A stretch of 64,000 bases of DNA, taken from NCBI RefSeq assembly GCF_038025025.1, contig NW_027117349.1:558001-622000 (forward strand), written 5' to 3'. Below the pieces are notes generated by a model. The model was not told where the DNA came from, searched no databases, and saw nothing but the letters and a program-made list of their open reading frames with translations. A program made the translations under genes and the position numbers. The stretch is from Phyllosticta citribraziliensis. Lineage: Eukaryota. Positions 1 to 11,663 of this stretch are shown here, one piece after another (position 1 is the stretch's first letter; each line of letters starts with the position of its first letter).

Positions 1-1643
1 TTTTGCACAACTTCTAGTATGCCCATCTTCCGTACTTCTGACCGTGTGACGCCAAAAACAAGACAAGCCAGATCATTCGCCGCGGTAATGGTCCACGGTG
101 CCTGTGCTTCGGTGGTAAAAATGGCCTGTGCTGCGGGTGCCCATCGGCTGCCGTGTCCATGTGGTGCAGATGCGGCCGTGTGGGCGCCGGGCACAGGGGG
201 GAGAGTTTGGGACGGAGTCGGTGTCGTGAGGGGGGAGATGTGTGAGCTGCTGGCGGTGCTGCCGACGTTGCCGACGTGGGTGGTATCGGCCGCAATATAT
301 GGTCGGGCGAGGGCATCTTGCAACCTGCTCTGGATGCTCAAGGGCGCCGTGTCTGTAAATGTCCTCTTTAATGCAAGTCTAGATGGTGCCGGAGGAGAGG
401 AATCGCGCAATTCTAATCGGGGAATTTCGTGGTATAGGTCGTTTTCGGGCGGAGGGACATGCTTGGTATCGAGGGAGAGCGAGTCCTGGGGCCGCTGGAT
501 CGGGGTCGATTGGTCCATGGGCTCGGGACTCTCTGAGCGCGGCATGAAGCTCTTTTCGAAAATGTTTTCGCCAGTCGAGTCGGCAGGTCCCGTCATGGGA
601 CCTCCTCCGCCCAGGCCGCGGGCATGCAGCGCCTCGTCCCCTATGAGATTTGCGCGGGACAGCAGATCCATCATGCCCTGGACTTCCGAATCGCCGCTGA
701 GGCGTGCCTGGGCATTTGCGATGCCGTGGTTCGTGGCGGACCAGCCTAGCCTGTCCCGCATGAAATCTATGCTCCTCTTGAGAACATTTTGGCGGTTGTG
801 AATGAAGTCGTCGGCCTGGTGTGCAAAGGAAAACGAGTGTAATGATTCGGCGGGGAAGCGGGACAGGTCTTCGGAGAGCTGGAGCGGCGACGAGCTGGCG
901 GCCGGGGGTAGCGTACCGGTGGGCCGGCGCGTGGGCGGAAGGGATACGGCGATGGAGGCAGAGCGCGAGTTGGCGGCACTGGAGGACCTGGTGGTAGGCT
1001 GTTGCCGTATGCGGCGTAGGCCCGAGGCTCCTAGGCCATGTTCGTGCTCTGGAATGATGGGTGATCTAAAACAGCCAGGTCAACGCCGGGGAGTCAAGGC
1101 GAAAATGGGCCGTCTGACCTCGTCAGGGTATCAATCTCGCGCGCAGAACCCGCATCAAACGACATGCGCGAGCGGGGCGTCGTGGCCGACGAGGGATCGG
1201 TGGAGGGACTGGAGTTGTCAACCAGGCTGGCGGTGCTCCTGGTCTTTGGGAGCGAGGGCGGATCCGGGGCGGGCTCGGTCGTGGCAGTGGAGGTGGTGGA
1301 GGTGGAGTTTTTGGGTAGCGAGCCTAGGAATATACACATCAGAGCTGTGTCTTGGTCTGAGCTGCGGAGGTTCCGGTTGGTGGTGGGTCGGGATCGGGGA
1401 CGGGGTCGGCGGCGAAACGGAAATGGACGAGGGCGGTTGTAGCGGTGGTATATACAGGCACAGCACCATCGTCGCTAAGGATGACGGTCACGTAGCTACG
1501 GAGGTAGTAGGGCTCAACGGCAGGCTGCTTCTGGGCGCAACTGACGGGCTTAGGTGCTGGGGGTGGTTGGGACGCCACGGCACGCTGACGGAGCCCCGAA
1601 ACAGCAATGGGTCAAACTCACCATTGTCATTTGGCGTGCTCAT
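1..1643 (-). CDS. PAS-domain Ser/Thr kinase (Psk1/Psk2/Ppk6-like), 5' part; gene runs off the window start
   Basis: Manual minus-strand translation: ATG 1643 (MSTPNDNG), introns 1324-1621 (GTGAGT..CTGAT..TAG) and 1066-1118 (GTCAGA..TAG), then an open frame to position 1 with ESLHSFSFAHQ..NRQNVLKRSIDFMRDRLGW and RWAPAAQAIFTTEAQAPWTITAANDLACLVFGVTRSEVRKMGILEVV, which I recognise as the N-terminal/PAS region of fungal PAS kinases. Kinase domain is outside the window; first exon is less certain. Confidence 0.8.
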
Positions 1644-2585
1644 TACCAGAACAGGGCTGACGTTGGCCAGCGACGCCGGGTTTAACGCAGTAGGGTGCGC
1701 TGCGACGAGAGGACGAGGGCGAGACGACGCAGTTTTTCACGCGAGCGGGCGGAGCTGAGGCCAGACGGCGGACGGGGGGATGGGATTGAGAGAAAGGAAA
1801 GCTGCCAATTACAAAAAATTGTCTGAGGTGGGCGCGGCGGGTGACGACGATTGATGTTGGCGTCCACGTCCAGGTCGGGCACAAGGCAGGGCAGCGGGGA
1901 GACGGGTCGTCGCACAGCCGCAGCGCAGATGGACAAAGACTCGTGATGTGCGGTGGCTGTACGAGGGAGGAAGAACAGGCACTGGAAGAGGAAGAGGAAG
2001 AAGAAGAAGAAGGTGACGAGGAGGTGTGATTGATGGACGGCGGGACAAGCAAAGGCGTCGGCTTGCTTCTCAGTGTAGGTACATGTATTATTGCGGAAGC
2101 GCGTGATGGTGCAGCTGGCCATGGGCCGTGGGGCCAGCATGGGCGGTCCCTGATGTTGACCCCGTCTCCACTCCACGTCCGCTGCGTCTTCGCGTCGTCG
2201 ACGACGACGACGACGTCGTCATAAAAGGTCCTTTTTTCTCTGTTCTCTCAGGTCCAGGTTCTGCACCCGTCTCCCCTTTATCCTCTCGCTCCGCTCCGTC
2301 TTGGTCACATCCCAACTTCGACGTAGCGGCTTGGGCTTGGGGCGCACCGCCTGACTGGCGCCTCCAAGCCATCACATGTCTACCCACCTCACTTTGCTCT
2401 GCCGACTCATCGACCATCCACCACAACCTTAACCATGACTTCACCACAGCTGCAGCACACGCGCCACGCCACGCCACGCCTCGCGCTTATCCCATTCTTT
2501 GCCCCCAACTCCCTGTCCTCTACATACATCACCAAAATAACTCTTGCATTTAGCTCGCCTACCATTCGCCAATGCCTGGAACTCC

Positions 2586-4433
2586 TCAACCCTTTAGCCC
2601 GTTCTTGTTCCCCTCCCAAAAATTCCGACATGCCCGGTGCATGCTAACCCCGTCGACCCACCACTCTCCAAAGCTATCCTCCACCTCGACATCCACCTTG
2701 GCGACGCGTTCGTTGCGCTTCAGTCCACACAGCGCGCACGGCCTGGTCCCTGGCACTCCTCCCTCGGCCTCCTTCGCCGTCCGCACTGCCATGGTCTCCG
2801 CAACCTCGGGCACCGTGCCCAGCCGCGCGCCGGGCTTCGAATTCATCTGAACCACCAGCGACCGCAATCTCCCGACTTGCTCGCGCCATGCCCTCACCAC
2901 CTCCTCCACCTGCGAGTCCTCGCGCCGCTCCTCGCCGCGGTCCAGCTTGACCACCTTCATTCCTCCGCCCCCGGCCCGTCCCGCTGGCCCAATGCTCATG
3001 CCCTGTGCCAGGTGCCCGTCGCGCTTCCACCGAAGCTTGCGCCCCGCTATGATGCGCGCTGCCACGATGCCAATGGAGAGATAGGAGCGCAGAAACCTCA
3101 TAGTGCGCTCGTGCGACAGGATTTGGTATCGCACCGGGGGCGGCTGTGCGCCCAGAGGTTTGAAGACGGTGCTTTGGGCATATGCAAAGATTGGAGGAAA
3201 GAGACCAAGCAAAAGGAAAGGCGGTGGTATGTTGGTAGGAGGGAGGGCGTTGGGCAGAGGGTCCGGAGGGCTATTGGGTGTAGAGGGAATCGTGATACCA
3301 GCCGGGAGGCCAGGCTGCGAGGATGCTGATTTTGGAGCACTGGTTTCTGCGAAATCGGCCCATTCGTCTTCATCGTGTAGAGGTACCGGTTGAGCGGCTG
3401 GTTGTAGTTTTCGCACCGTTGGAGGTCCTGGGCTCGTTCCCGCCGAACTAATTGGCGTCGACTCTGGGCGTGCCTTTGCTCTTGCGGCAAGCTTTGCCGA
3501 CGTGCTAGATTTCCAATCTTGCTGCTTGGACGTAGGAGCTTTTGCGCTGAGACCCCCAGATAGTTCCAGGTCGTTGATCAAACTATCAATGTTGAGAGCC
3601 GTCGTCGGAGCAGGCTGAGCAGGCTGCGCAGGTTTTGCTGGCTTCGCTGGCTCCAATTGCTGGGATGGCACCGGCTTGTCCTCAGCCGTACCCTCAAAGT
3701 CGCCAAAGTCATCCTCTTCCGAGAGATTTTCGGCATCGAACAACACATAGGGATCACGTGGTGAAGTTGGCTTCTTCTCGGGAGCCTGGGGAACAGGTAC
3801 GCTTTGTACGCTCGGTTTCTTGGTTTGGATGCTCGGGTTGGGCAAAAGGCCGAGACCGAACGGGTCGTCATCTGCCGGAAGTGGACTGCTATTCAATTTT
3901 GCTGGCGGAGCGGCCGTTAATTTTAGGTTTCCTGTATTGCTGGCAAGGCTACTGGTAGCAGTGCGGAGACTGTCCCACGGATCCGCTGCGGTCTTGGTTT
4001 GATTCGAGTTCGCAAAGGCCGAATTGGCGGGGGGTTGCGCTGCCGCAGCATCGGCAAATTCGCCCCAATCGTCATCTTCGTCGTTGTTGCTGATGTTGAC
4101 CTGAGCCGGTGTTGTTGTTGTTGGTGGTGGTGGCTGTGCGGATGGTGTTGCAGCCGCTGGCACGGGACCAGTTGGTCCCGCTGGCGCGAGCGTGGCCAAG
4201 CCCCCAAAGGCGCCAAAGTCGTTGGATGATCCTGGGGTCGCGGTCGAGTTTGCCGGCGGGTTGAGCTCAGTCAGGTCGTCGAAGAAGGAGAATTGTTTTC
4301 TGCCTGACTGAGATGCGGGACCCGATCCAGCCGCAGCCGGAGCCGGAGCCGGAGCCGTCGGTTTGGAAGCTCGCGGCGGCGGCGCGGCTGTTGAGGATGG
4401 CTTCGCGAATTCGGCCAGCAGATCAAATGACAT
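2586..4433 (-). CDS. Conserved fungal hypothetical protein: disordered N-terminus with acidic-aromatic motifs, C-terminal folded domain ending in CxxC..HxxC
   Basis: ORF 2586..4766; likely start MSFDLLAEF at 4433 (upstream in-frame extension looks non-coding). C-terminus GRKLRWKRD..CALCGLKRNERVAKVDVEVEDSFGEWW..HRACRNFW. Confidence 0.8.
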   Translation of the reverse strand: MSFDLLAEFAKPSSTAAPPPRASKPTAPAPAPAAAGSGPASQSGRKQFSFFDDLTELNPPANSTATPGSSNDFGAFGGLATLAPAGPTGPVPAAATPSAQPPPPTTTTPAQVNISNNDEDDDWGEFADAAAAQPPANSAFANSNQTKTAADPWDSLRTATSSLASNTGNLKLTAAPPAKLNSSPLPADDDPFGLGLLPNPSIQTKKPSVQSVPVPQAPEKKPTSPRDPYVLFDAENLSEEDDFGDFEGTAEDKPVPSQQLEPAKPAKPAQPAQPAPTTALNIDSLINDLELSGGLSAKAPTSKQQDWKSSTSAKLAARAKARPESTPISSAGTSPGPPTVRKLQPAAQPVPLHDEDEWADFAETSAPKSASSQPGLPAGITIPSTPNSPPDPLPNALPPTNIPPPFLLLGLFPPIFAYAQSTVFKPLGAQPPPVRYQILSHERTMRFLRSYLSIGIVAARIIAGRKLRWKRDGHLAQGMSIGPAGRAGGGGMKVVKLDRGEERREDSQVEEVVRAWREQVGRLRSLVVQMNSKPGARLGTVPEVAETMAVRTAKEAEGGVPGTRPCALCGLKRNERVAKVDVEVEDSFGEWWVDGVSMHRACRNFWEGNKNGLKG

Positions 4434-5337
4434 TCTCTTTCTCCTCCCGAAGCAAGTTGGTGGTTGGCGCTCGCGGTACACCCAGTTGGCAGTGCTGAAA
4501 GCGGCAGGACGGACGTTGGGTGAAGTCGAGCTGGCGCACTGACAATCAGCAAGCAAGAAAGATGTCGGGTTGGTCGCGGCAGGCCGGGCCACTTGGGACG
4601 TGTGGGTTTGAAGCGGGAGAGCTGGGCTGAGGTGGGGCCCCCTTGCCGAACCACCAACTAACTCCTGTTTCACCCGCACTTCCCCTGCACCACACCTCTC
4701 GTCTGGCGCCTCTGTTTGATCCACCTGCGAGCCAGAACGCTGGTTGTATGTCAAAGACGACGCCATGAACGGAGCTGTCCGCTCTAGTGCTCTCCTTCCC
4801 CTTTCCCGTATTCTGTCCGACGATTAGACTCGTATTTAGTCAGAGCCATCAAACGGCATTGATTTAGGGCCCGAGAAATTACATGGCATCATCATTTATT
4901 TTCGCCTCACGGGTAGCTACAAATACCGGCCTCTGTTCGACAACAACGGCCTTTGCTCCAGTCTTCCGCTGTGTATGACACCTGGTGCACGCCATTTTGA
5001 CAAAAATATATTTCACAACTACATAGATGCCCCACGGTCTTGTCTGTCTGATTGTTGGCGAAGGCGTCGTCTCACCGTCTCACCTGGTCCTTCTCGAGAG
5101 CCGATCTTCACGCCATTCTGCACTGCTGCTCTTGCCCTCAAGTACTCGTCCAGAAGAAGAGACAAACGACCCAAAACAAAAGCAAAAATCCAACTCCTCA
5201 CTCCTCTCACGCAGAATGCGTGCCCAGGGTATCAGAACAATGATATGAAAACAATGTGGTGCGCCTACGCCATGCTGGGCCAACCAAACAGCGAAGTCGA
5301 ATCTCCGTGCCCAACTCCTCGACACTTTTTGCTCCAA

Positions 5338-8300
5338 TCACAAAATGCTCAACTCGTCTTCGCTTCCCAAGTCGTCTTTCTGCGTGTCCTGGGCTTTGGA
5401 TGTAGTGCGGAGCTTTGAGAGCGTCGATTTTGAGTGGGGCTCTCCAGAAATGAGCCGAGTGGAAGTCTTTTCTTCCTGACGAAAAGAAGATGAACGAAGT
5501 TGCGAGCGAGTCGATTTGCGGCGACGTGGAGCTGGAACGACGACTGAAGGAGATGGATGTCGTGCGCGCGATTTATGCTTAAGAGAGAGCTCGTCCGTCT
5601 CGTCCACCGTGATACTTCCTGGAGTATCTTCCTCCTCCATCATGGGCGAATCACCATCGTCATCAGCATCACGGTTCTCAGATGACAGCAGCGATGGTGA
5701 TGTTGAAGCAGAGGAGAAGCCGAATCCCTTTCCACCGACTCCGGCGTTGCTGTCGTCGTCTGACCAGAACTCGGTTGCGAAGCCACTGTCAATTGAACCA
5801 AGGGAGGAAGACATTGTGTCCATGTTCGTATTCACCCTCCTGGATGTCCTAGCTGATCGCCGGAGCCCCTGGTTGTGAGCGACCTTTGGCTCCTCGCGGC
5901 GTTGGCGGCGGCGGAGTTGCATTCCTGAGAGGGTCGTCTTGAATTTTGGAGGAGATTGGTGCTGAATAGCCCTTGATGGCTTCCACGCGGGAATCAGGAC
6001 CATCGGGCTCGAATAGTTGCGACTGGGTTTAGTAGATGGTCCTGCCAGAGTCGGCATGCTTCCTGGAGAGCTTGGAGTAGATGATTCGTCCTGCGACTCA
6101 AGACTCTCGCGTCGCGGATTCAACGGGCTCGACAGGTCAACGGCAAGTTCGTCTCTGGAATTCGCCGGCGCTGTCGTGTGGTGCAAGAGAGTACTACCCA
6201 ATCTAGGATTTGACTTGATTTCATCCCAAGCTAGGCGCGTCGCTGCCCGTTGTGATGGCTTGATACAGGCTGCTTGGCCGGCTTGAGGACGACGCACTCT
6301 AGGAGTGATTGTCACCCATTCCTGGAGACCAGCTTCCCATCTATAGCCAGAGCGATCTGAAGACTGAAGCGACATGTTGGTGGACGAGTTTGCATCGCGA
6401 AGTGCTCTCCTAAAAGGTGTCGGCGCGGCGGACATTCCAGGTTGACGGCTGTCTACGACTGCCTCAACTTCCCTCAGGAACGCAAAATAAGTCTCACCGT
6501 CTCTTGAATACTTCCGGTCTTGCTTGCCAGACTGGTAAGTGTGGGCAAACTCGTCTACCGAATCCAAGGCCAGACGCTCCATAAACCAAGAGGTCTTGTG
6601 TCCGCCGGTGCCAAGCAGGAAAACCACGATTGCCTGGAGCTGCGTGAAGCCGTCCTCTCTGTTCACCTTCCCGCATGACTTGACGGTAGAGCAAATGAGC
6701 TCAGGAAGGTTTTCCAAAGCTTTGGGTGCAGATCTGTTGATGGTGTGCAGGGCCTTTGTAATTGTGGAATGATCGAGTGTCATTACAGGTGACTCGAGCT
6801 GCTTGCCACACACTCGAATGACCAAAACAGTCGTGAGGATAGTGGCGATCCTCTCAGGCGCCGCACTGCCCTTGGAAAAAGTCTCGAGAAAGCCATCTGC
6901 GAACACTTTGCAGACCAGCTCAGCTGCTATTTCCTCGAATGCGCTGTGAATAGCATGGGCATCTTCAGGCTGCGAGCCATACTCCTGGTTGGATACGAGG
7001 ACTATCGACGATAAAATTGTGCAAAGGCTGCTGATCGTCGTATTGAATGCCTTCTTCATAAAGTGTACAACGCTGTAAGAGTTCTTGGCGAGAAATGATG
7101 GTGGGCCTTTTCCTTTTGTTGGGTCGACACCACAGCTGACCAGCAGGACAGTGCGAAGAAGATTCATGGCCTCGTAATGCGCTGCATTGGAGGAGCACGA
7201 GATGGCGAGAAGGATCCTGGTCCAGACTGGCTTACAGGATTTGGTTGCCAGCCATTCAAAAGGCAAGAGCCCTGCAGTAATCATGCTTCCGATTTGGCGA
7301 TAGAAGAATGACCAGTCGTGCTTCCGTTCCGCCCATGAATAAAGAGCAGTAACTCCAGGGTAGGTTGCGGATCCGTAGTCAAAAAGTTGGGCTTGGGATC
7401 CAGGTGGGGGTAGCAAGCGACCGCATTTGAAGGCAAACGCGGACAAGAATTCCCGACAGCTGTCATCGGCGTCGTTGCCGTCGCACAGGCGGATGAGGCA
7501 ATGGAATTGGCTTTCGTCGAGAAGTTCAGCTTCAATGGCTTGTACCATCAGGTTTGTGGCGTGTGCGCGAACAACCTGACGAAGTTTTTTCCAGCCTCCA
7601 TTCGTTCCCACATCTTCAAGTTCTTCGTAAACACTTTGGTTGGCATCGACCTTGTTGTCATTTGCATCCTCCCACGCCTGCCTGCCATCCATATAGATGG
7701 GGATCTGGCGCAAACAAGTTGCCATCAACGATCGCGGTCCTTTTGGGTGGTCGTCGTCCTCTTCATCCCAAGCACAACGCATACCGTTCGGATTCGACAT
7801 GTCTTTCGGCTCGAAGGCACTATCCAGAAGCAACTGTTTGTAGCCGGAAAACAGGCGGTTGATGTGTGTCAAGACGTCCGTTGGGGTATCGCTTGCGGCT
7901 TTCGCATCGAGGTGTCGAAGGTATCTGAGAGGCGGCGCAAGGCTTGTTCCACGACTCAAAGGATTTTCCTGGTGTGTATCCGGCGAGGCATACGGCGCTC
8001 CTCCGTTGCCAGAATGTCTGGCAATCAAGGGAGTGGCTGTGAGTTCGCCAGGCCTCAATGATCTGTCTTGATCTACCAGCCGCGGGGGCCGTCCAGTGTA
8101 CTGGCGCTTGACGGGCCTCTTGTCATCGTGTTCGGGCACCCAGTCTGGGTCGGCGTGCTTCCTTCTGATGGGCTTCGCTGTGTCCTCATCGCTTTCGTCG
8201 GCGGATCGCTTGCGGGCGGGATTGGATCGCGCGGCTGGGATTCCAGTACTGCCGTACTTCATCATCTTCAAAAACATGATCTCATTAGAAATTGGCCTCA

Positions 8301-8376
8301 GCATGCGCAAGCACCGCTTGGCAGTCCAAGGCCTGTCGTAGGACAGCGACGCGCGATCGGCGCGCTTAGAATTCAT
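5338..8376 (-). CDS. Large hypothetical protein (~1010 aa), helical core plus Ser/Arg-rich disordered tail
   Basis: Uninterrupted 1025-codon ORF; first ATG in frame at 8376 (MNSKRADRAS); N-terminal RPWTAKRCLRMLRPI motif and basic NLS-like patches. No family recognised. Confidence 0.75.
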   Translation of the reverse strand: MNSKRADRASLSYDRPWTAKRCLRMLRPISNEIMFLKMMKYGSTGIPAARSNPARKRSADESDEDTAKPIRRKHADPDWVPEHDDKRPVKRQYTGRPPRLVDQDRSLRPGELTATPLIARHSGNGGAPYASPDTHQENPLSRGTSLAPPLRYLRHLDAKAASDTPTDVLTHINRLFSGYKQLLLDSAFEPKDMSNPNGMRCAWDEEDDDHPKGPRSLMATCLRQIPIYMDGRQAWEDANDNKVDANQSVYEELEDVGTNGGWKKLRQVVRAHATNLMVQAIEAELLDESQFHCLIRLCDGNDADDSCREFLSAFAFKCGRLLPPPGSQAQLFDYGSATYPGVTALYSWAERKHDWSFFYRQIGSMITAGLLPFEWLATKSCKPVWTRILLAISCSSNAAHYEAMNLLRTVLLVSCGVDPTKGKGPPSFLAKNSYSVVHFMKKAFNTTISSLCTILSSIVLVSNQEYGSQPEDAHAIHSAFEEIAAELVCKVFADGFLETFSKGSAAPERIATILTTVLVIRVCGKQLESPVMTLDHSTITKALHTINRSAPKALENLPELICSTVKSCGKVNREDGFTQLQAIVVFLLGTGGHKTSWFMERLALDSVDEFAHTYQSGKQDRKYSRDGETYFAFLREVEAVVDSRQPGMSAAPTPFRRALRDANSSTNMSLQSSDRSGYRWEAGLQEWVTITPRVRRPQAGQAACIKPSQRAATRLAWDEIKSNPRLGSTLLHHTTAPANSRDELAVDLSSPLNPRRESLESQDESSTPSSPGSMPTLAGPSTKPSRNYSSPMVLIPAWKPSRAIQHQSPPKFKTTLSGMQLRRRQRREEPKVAHNQGLRRSARTSRRVNTNMDTMSSSLGSIDSGFATEFWSDDDSNAGVGGKGFGFSSASTSPSLLSSENRDADDDGDSPMMEEEDTPGSITVDETDELSLKHKSRARHPSPSVVVPAPRRRKSTRSQLRSSSFRQEEKTSTRLISGEPHSKSTLSKLRTTSKAQDTQKDDLGSEDELSIL

Positions 8377-8899
8377 GTTTGTGCTGATATCTAGCCCATT
8401 GTCAGTCGCTGGCAACAGGTAGGCGGGAGAGCAATGGCTGGTGTGGAGCTCACCATGCTACCAAAAAAATTGGATGGGCAATGTGGGATGGGGTGTAAGG
8501 GTGGAGAATCAAGTGCAAGGTTGAGACATCACGGCGTGGTGTTGACAAACAAGGCAGGTCTGTGCGCTGGAATTATCCGAGGGCGGAGATATCGGCGATA
8601 TTTGATCACTCAGCCTCATGACGCCAACTCTGGTCGCGCCACAGGTGCGCCACAGCCGACACAGGATTACATGTACCCACTGCATTGCTGTTGACAGCTG
8701 CCAGTGCCCTCAATTCTTGAGGACATGGATCAGGAACATTTCCAAAGTATGAAAAGGGTAATGATTCAAGGTTTTGACTACTATCTGACATGACTTTTGC
8801 CTTAGCTCCAGGCTTGAGGACATGGTTTCTTGTCATGGTCGAAAAGAACAACGCCTGTCATGCTGAACTCAAGAACTGCCGACTCCAGACATGCTGCGT

Positions 8900-10816
8900 C
8901 TAATTTTCGTCCTCGCCCTCCTCCTTGGTTGGTACCGTTTCGAATGTTGTCTCCTTATCCACATAGCCCTTTGCAGACCGTGTCGTGAACTTGTACTTGC
9001 CTCCTTCCCACAAGTCCTTTATAGTCAGCTCTCTCGTCCTGCCCAAGCTCTCAATGGCAGCGATCCGATCCAGAGTCTCGTCGAGGAACTTTTCAAATCC
9101 TTCTTGTCTGCATACTTCGCGGAAAGCATTCATCATCGGGACGGAGTCAGCTCGTACCATGGCCTTGGAGTCGATGGTGAAGATGTTGATGTGGTCATAG
9201 CTCTGGATGAAGTCGGCGCGAGTCATGATCTCTCGCGCCTTGTGGAGAGGGACCTCGGGAAGAATGTGGCCATTTTCAGGGTCGTAGGTTTGTTCCATGT
9301 CCTTCTCCATGTCACAGAGCGCCTTGGCCAGGACCATGGCAGCGGAAGCGTACTTTTGCTGATCCATGACGTCGTCGTCCATGGGCTCGCCAAGGATTCC
9401 GCATTTGTTCAGAAACCACGTCTTTTCGGCCTCGCAGATTTGGTCGCAGATTCCCATCATATCTCTGGCCTTTGCGACTCGGCTCAGGAATGACAGTCGT
9501 CCACCAATCTTGGAATAAATCTCATCAAGCATGGACTCTGGGGGACTTTCTCCATGGTATCGCCAGCGGTAATGCGCCAAAGCTCTCATGGCCTGGGTCT
9601 TGTTCAAGTCCCGCACTGGTGTCACCTCCATTCGAGTCGCGTAGCGCTTCAATCGCTCATACACCCAGTAGTCGTCACTGTTGAGTATGACTGTGGCGAG
9701 GTTGGCAGCAGCCCATTGCTCGGCTCTTTGTTGCAATAGTTCGAGCAGGTCCTTGCCGTCTTCGTCGTCTCGAAGCAGATGGACGCTGTTGATAACAAGG
9801 AGCAGGGGTCGGCCAACCTTTTCCCTTCGCCGAAGTGCCACCTTTTCCAGCTTGTTGAAAGCTCTTTCGATGTCGAGCAGTGCAGACGCGTCGCGAGGTC
9901 CACGGATGGAGAAGAGCGATCCGATGTTGTCTTCGTGATATTCAAAATCCAGTGCTTTTCCAAGACGAATGCGGAAGATTTCGGGGTCAGCATGAGCTTC
10001 CATCATGGCGACACCCTCGCCATTGATCTTGGACATGGCTTCGATGAGCATCGAGGTTTTCCCGGTGCCCTTTTCGCCAATCAGAAGATGATAACGCCCT
10101 ACATCCTCGCCGCGCATGATGGCGTTGAACTTTTCCTGCTCTTCGCGCACAATCCAATGGCCCTTTTCGGCTTCTTCCGGCCGTGGTGGTTTTCCCCTTG
10201 CAAGATCCAGGACTGGATCTCCAGGGTTGAAGGCATTTTCCATTTTCTCGAGGATCATGTACTTGTAGTATCGTGTGTAGCTGTAACCCACGAGCCTACA
10301 GAGCCGTTAGACAAGCCCAAATTGAATGCATTTTTTTCGCGGCCAATGCCTCGTTGAGGCAAGTTCGGTCATGGTTCGTTGCAAGATGGAGCGAGAGAAG
10401 GAGTGAAGAGGCGCAGCGACAAGAAAGTGTGAAGAAGACGTTGATGCTTGGTAACGAGAAAAAGACAAGGGGAGCACGCAAGTCACGTACCCCAAAATGG
10501 CGACGGATGCAAAAGTGGTGGCGGCCGCCTCAAACATCTTGAAGGCTGTCCCCTTCCAATCGTTGGACGACTCGTCGGCATTTTTGCGTGGCTTGCCATC
10601 TTCCTCCGGACTGGCCTCTGTTGGATCGGGCTGGCCTGGCTGCGGCGCAGGAGAACCCCCCTGAATGTATCGCCTGTTGCAAGCCGAGAGCAGAGGAGCG
10701 GCACGGGTCAACGGCGTGCGAAGACGGTGGACATGGCTCCGGGTCACGGGTGCATCAGCGAAACGAATGGCCCGGGGGCTTGCTGACGACAGAGAGCGCA
10801 ACGCGGCGTTGAGCAT
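8900..10816 (-). CDS. Predicted mitochondrial single-pass P-loop/AAA+-like protein
   Basis: Exon 1 10816-10491 (Arg/Ser-rich presequence MLNAALRSLSS.., then hydrophobic AATTFASVAILG), intron 10296-10490 (GTACGT..CTAAC..TAG), exon 2 10295-8900 continuing LVGYSYTRYYK; Walker A GEKGTGKTS. Confidence 0.85.
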
Positions 10817-11663
10817 GGGTGGCTTGTTTGAAACACGGGAAAGAAATCAATGAATAATCCGAGAAGAAACCGATGGAGCAAAAAACGAGCGAGGAGTCTG
10901 GTAAGGAAGGACACTCGGGGCGAGGGAGAGGTGACCAAGGCAAGGACTGGAGGGAAGGGGTGATGTTCAAGGGGAAGAAATTGATGGTGTGGAGTGCAGC
11001 AAGGTTGACAGGTTGACGTGAAGCAGACTGTCAGTCGCGTGTGGCCGAGACTGGAGCTTGGCCGTGAATGGACCTGATTTGAATTTGCTCCCGGACCAAC
11101 GCGAAGGCCGTCGAGCGGAGATGAGGAGGGGGGCACGTAGCAGGACAATAAACAAGTGTTGATTCTGTAAAGGCCAGCATCTGTAGAGTTACCTACCTAC
11201 CTACGTGCTACCAGCTCTGCGGCGAGGTCGTGCTGCTGGAAGCTCCCTCCGCGGGGATTGACGCGGTGCAGAGGCGGCGACCAAGCTCGACGCCGCACCC
11301 TGAGACCGACAGAGAGTTGCGCATAGTGTCGCGTGTCGACCGCGCATGCAATGGCCATGAGAGAGAGTGTTTGGGACGCGGCGCGCATAAGGGCGATGGT
11401 TGAATCGAGTCGATGATGACTGTCGGGATGGGCCCGGGCGGCCGGGGAAAATCCCATCTGCGCTCCCGTCGCGACCAGGGTTGTCTCGGGGCCATTCGGC
11501 TACGACTCTCTCTTTTGAACTTTTTGAACTCGACGCCCGCAGCTCCTTCCGTCGCCTCAATCCCGCTTGTACATGTTCCATGCCCCTGTGAATCTTTGCC
11601 AGGCCCATTGTCTCTCTTTAATTCTTCGCCTTCGTCTGCATTGGTCTCTCCTCCCGTCTCAAA

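Noticed and set aside
19..1758. Plus-strand ORFs of 260 aa and 318 aa
   Set aside because: Antisense shadows of the PAS kinase exons, whose frame is missing from the track because its stop lies outside the window.
4434..4766. 111-codon in-frame N-terminal extension of the 726 aa ORF
   Set aside because: Composition looks like promoter/UTR; MSFDLLAEF is the more plausible start.
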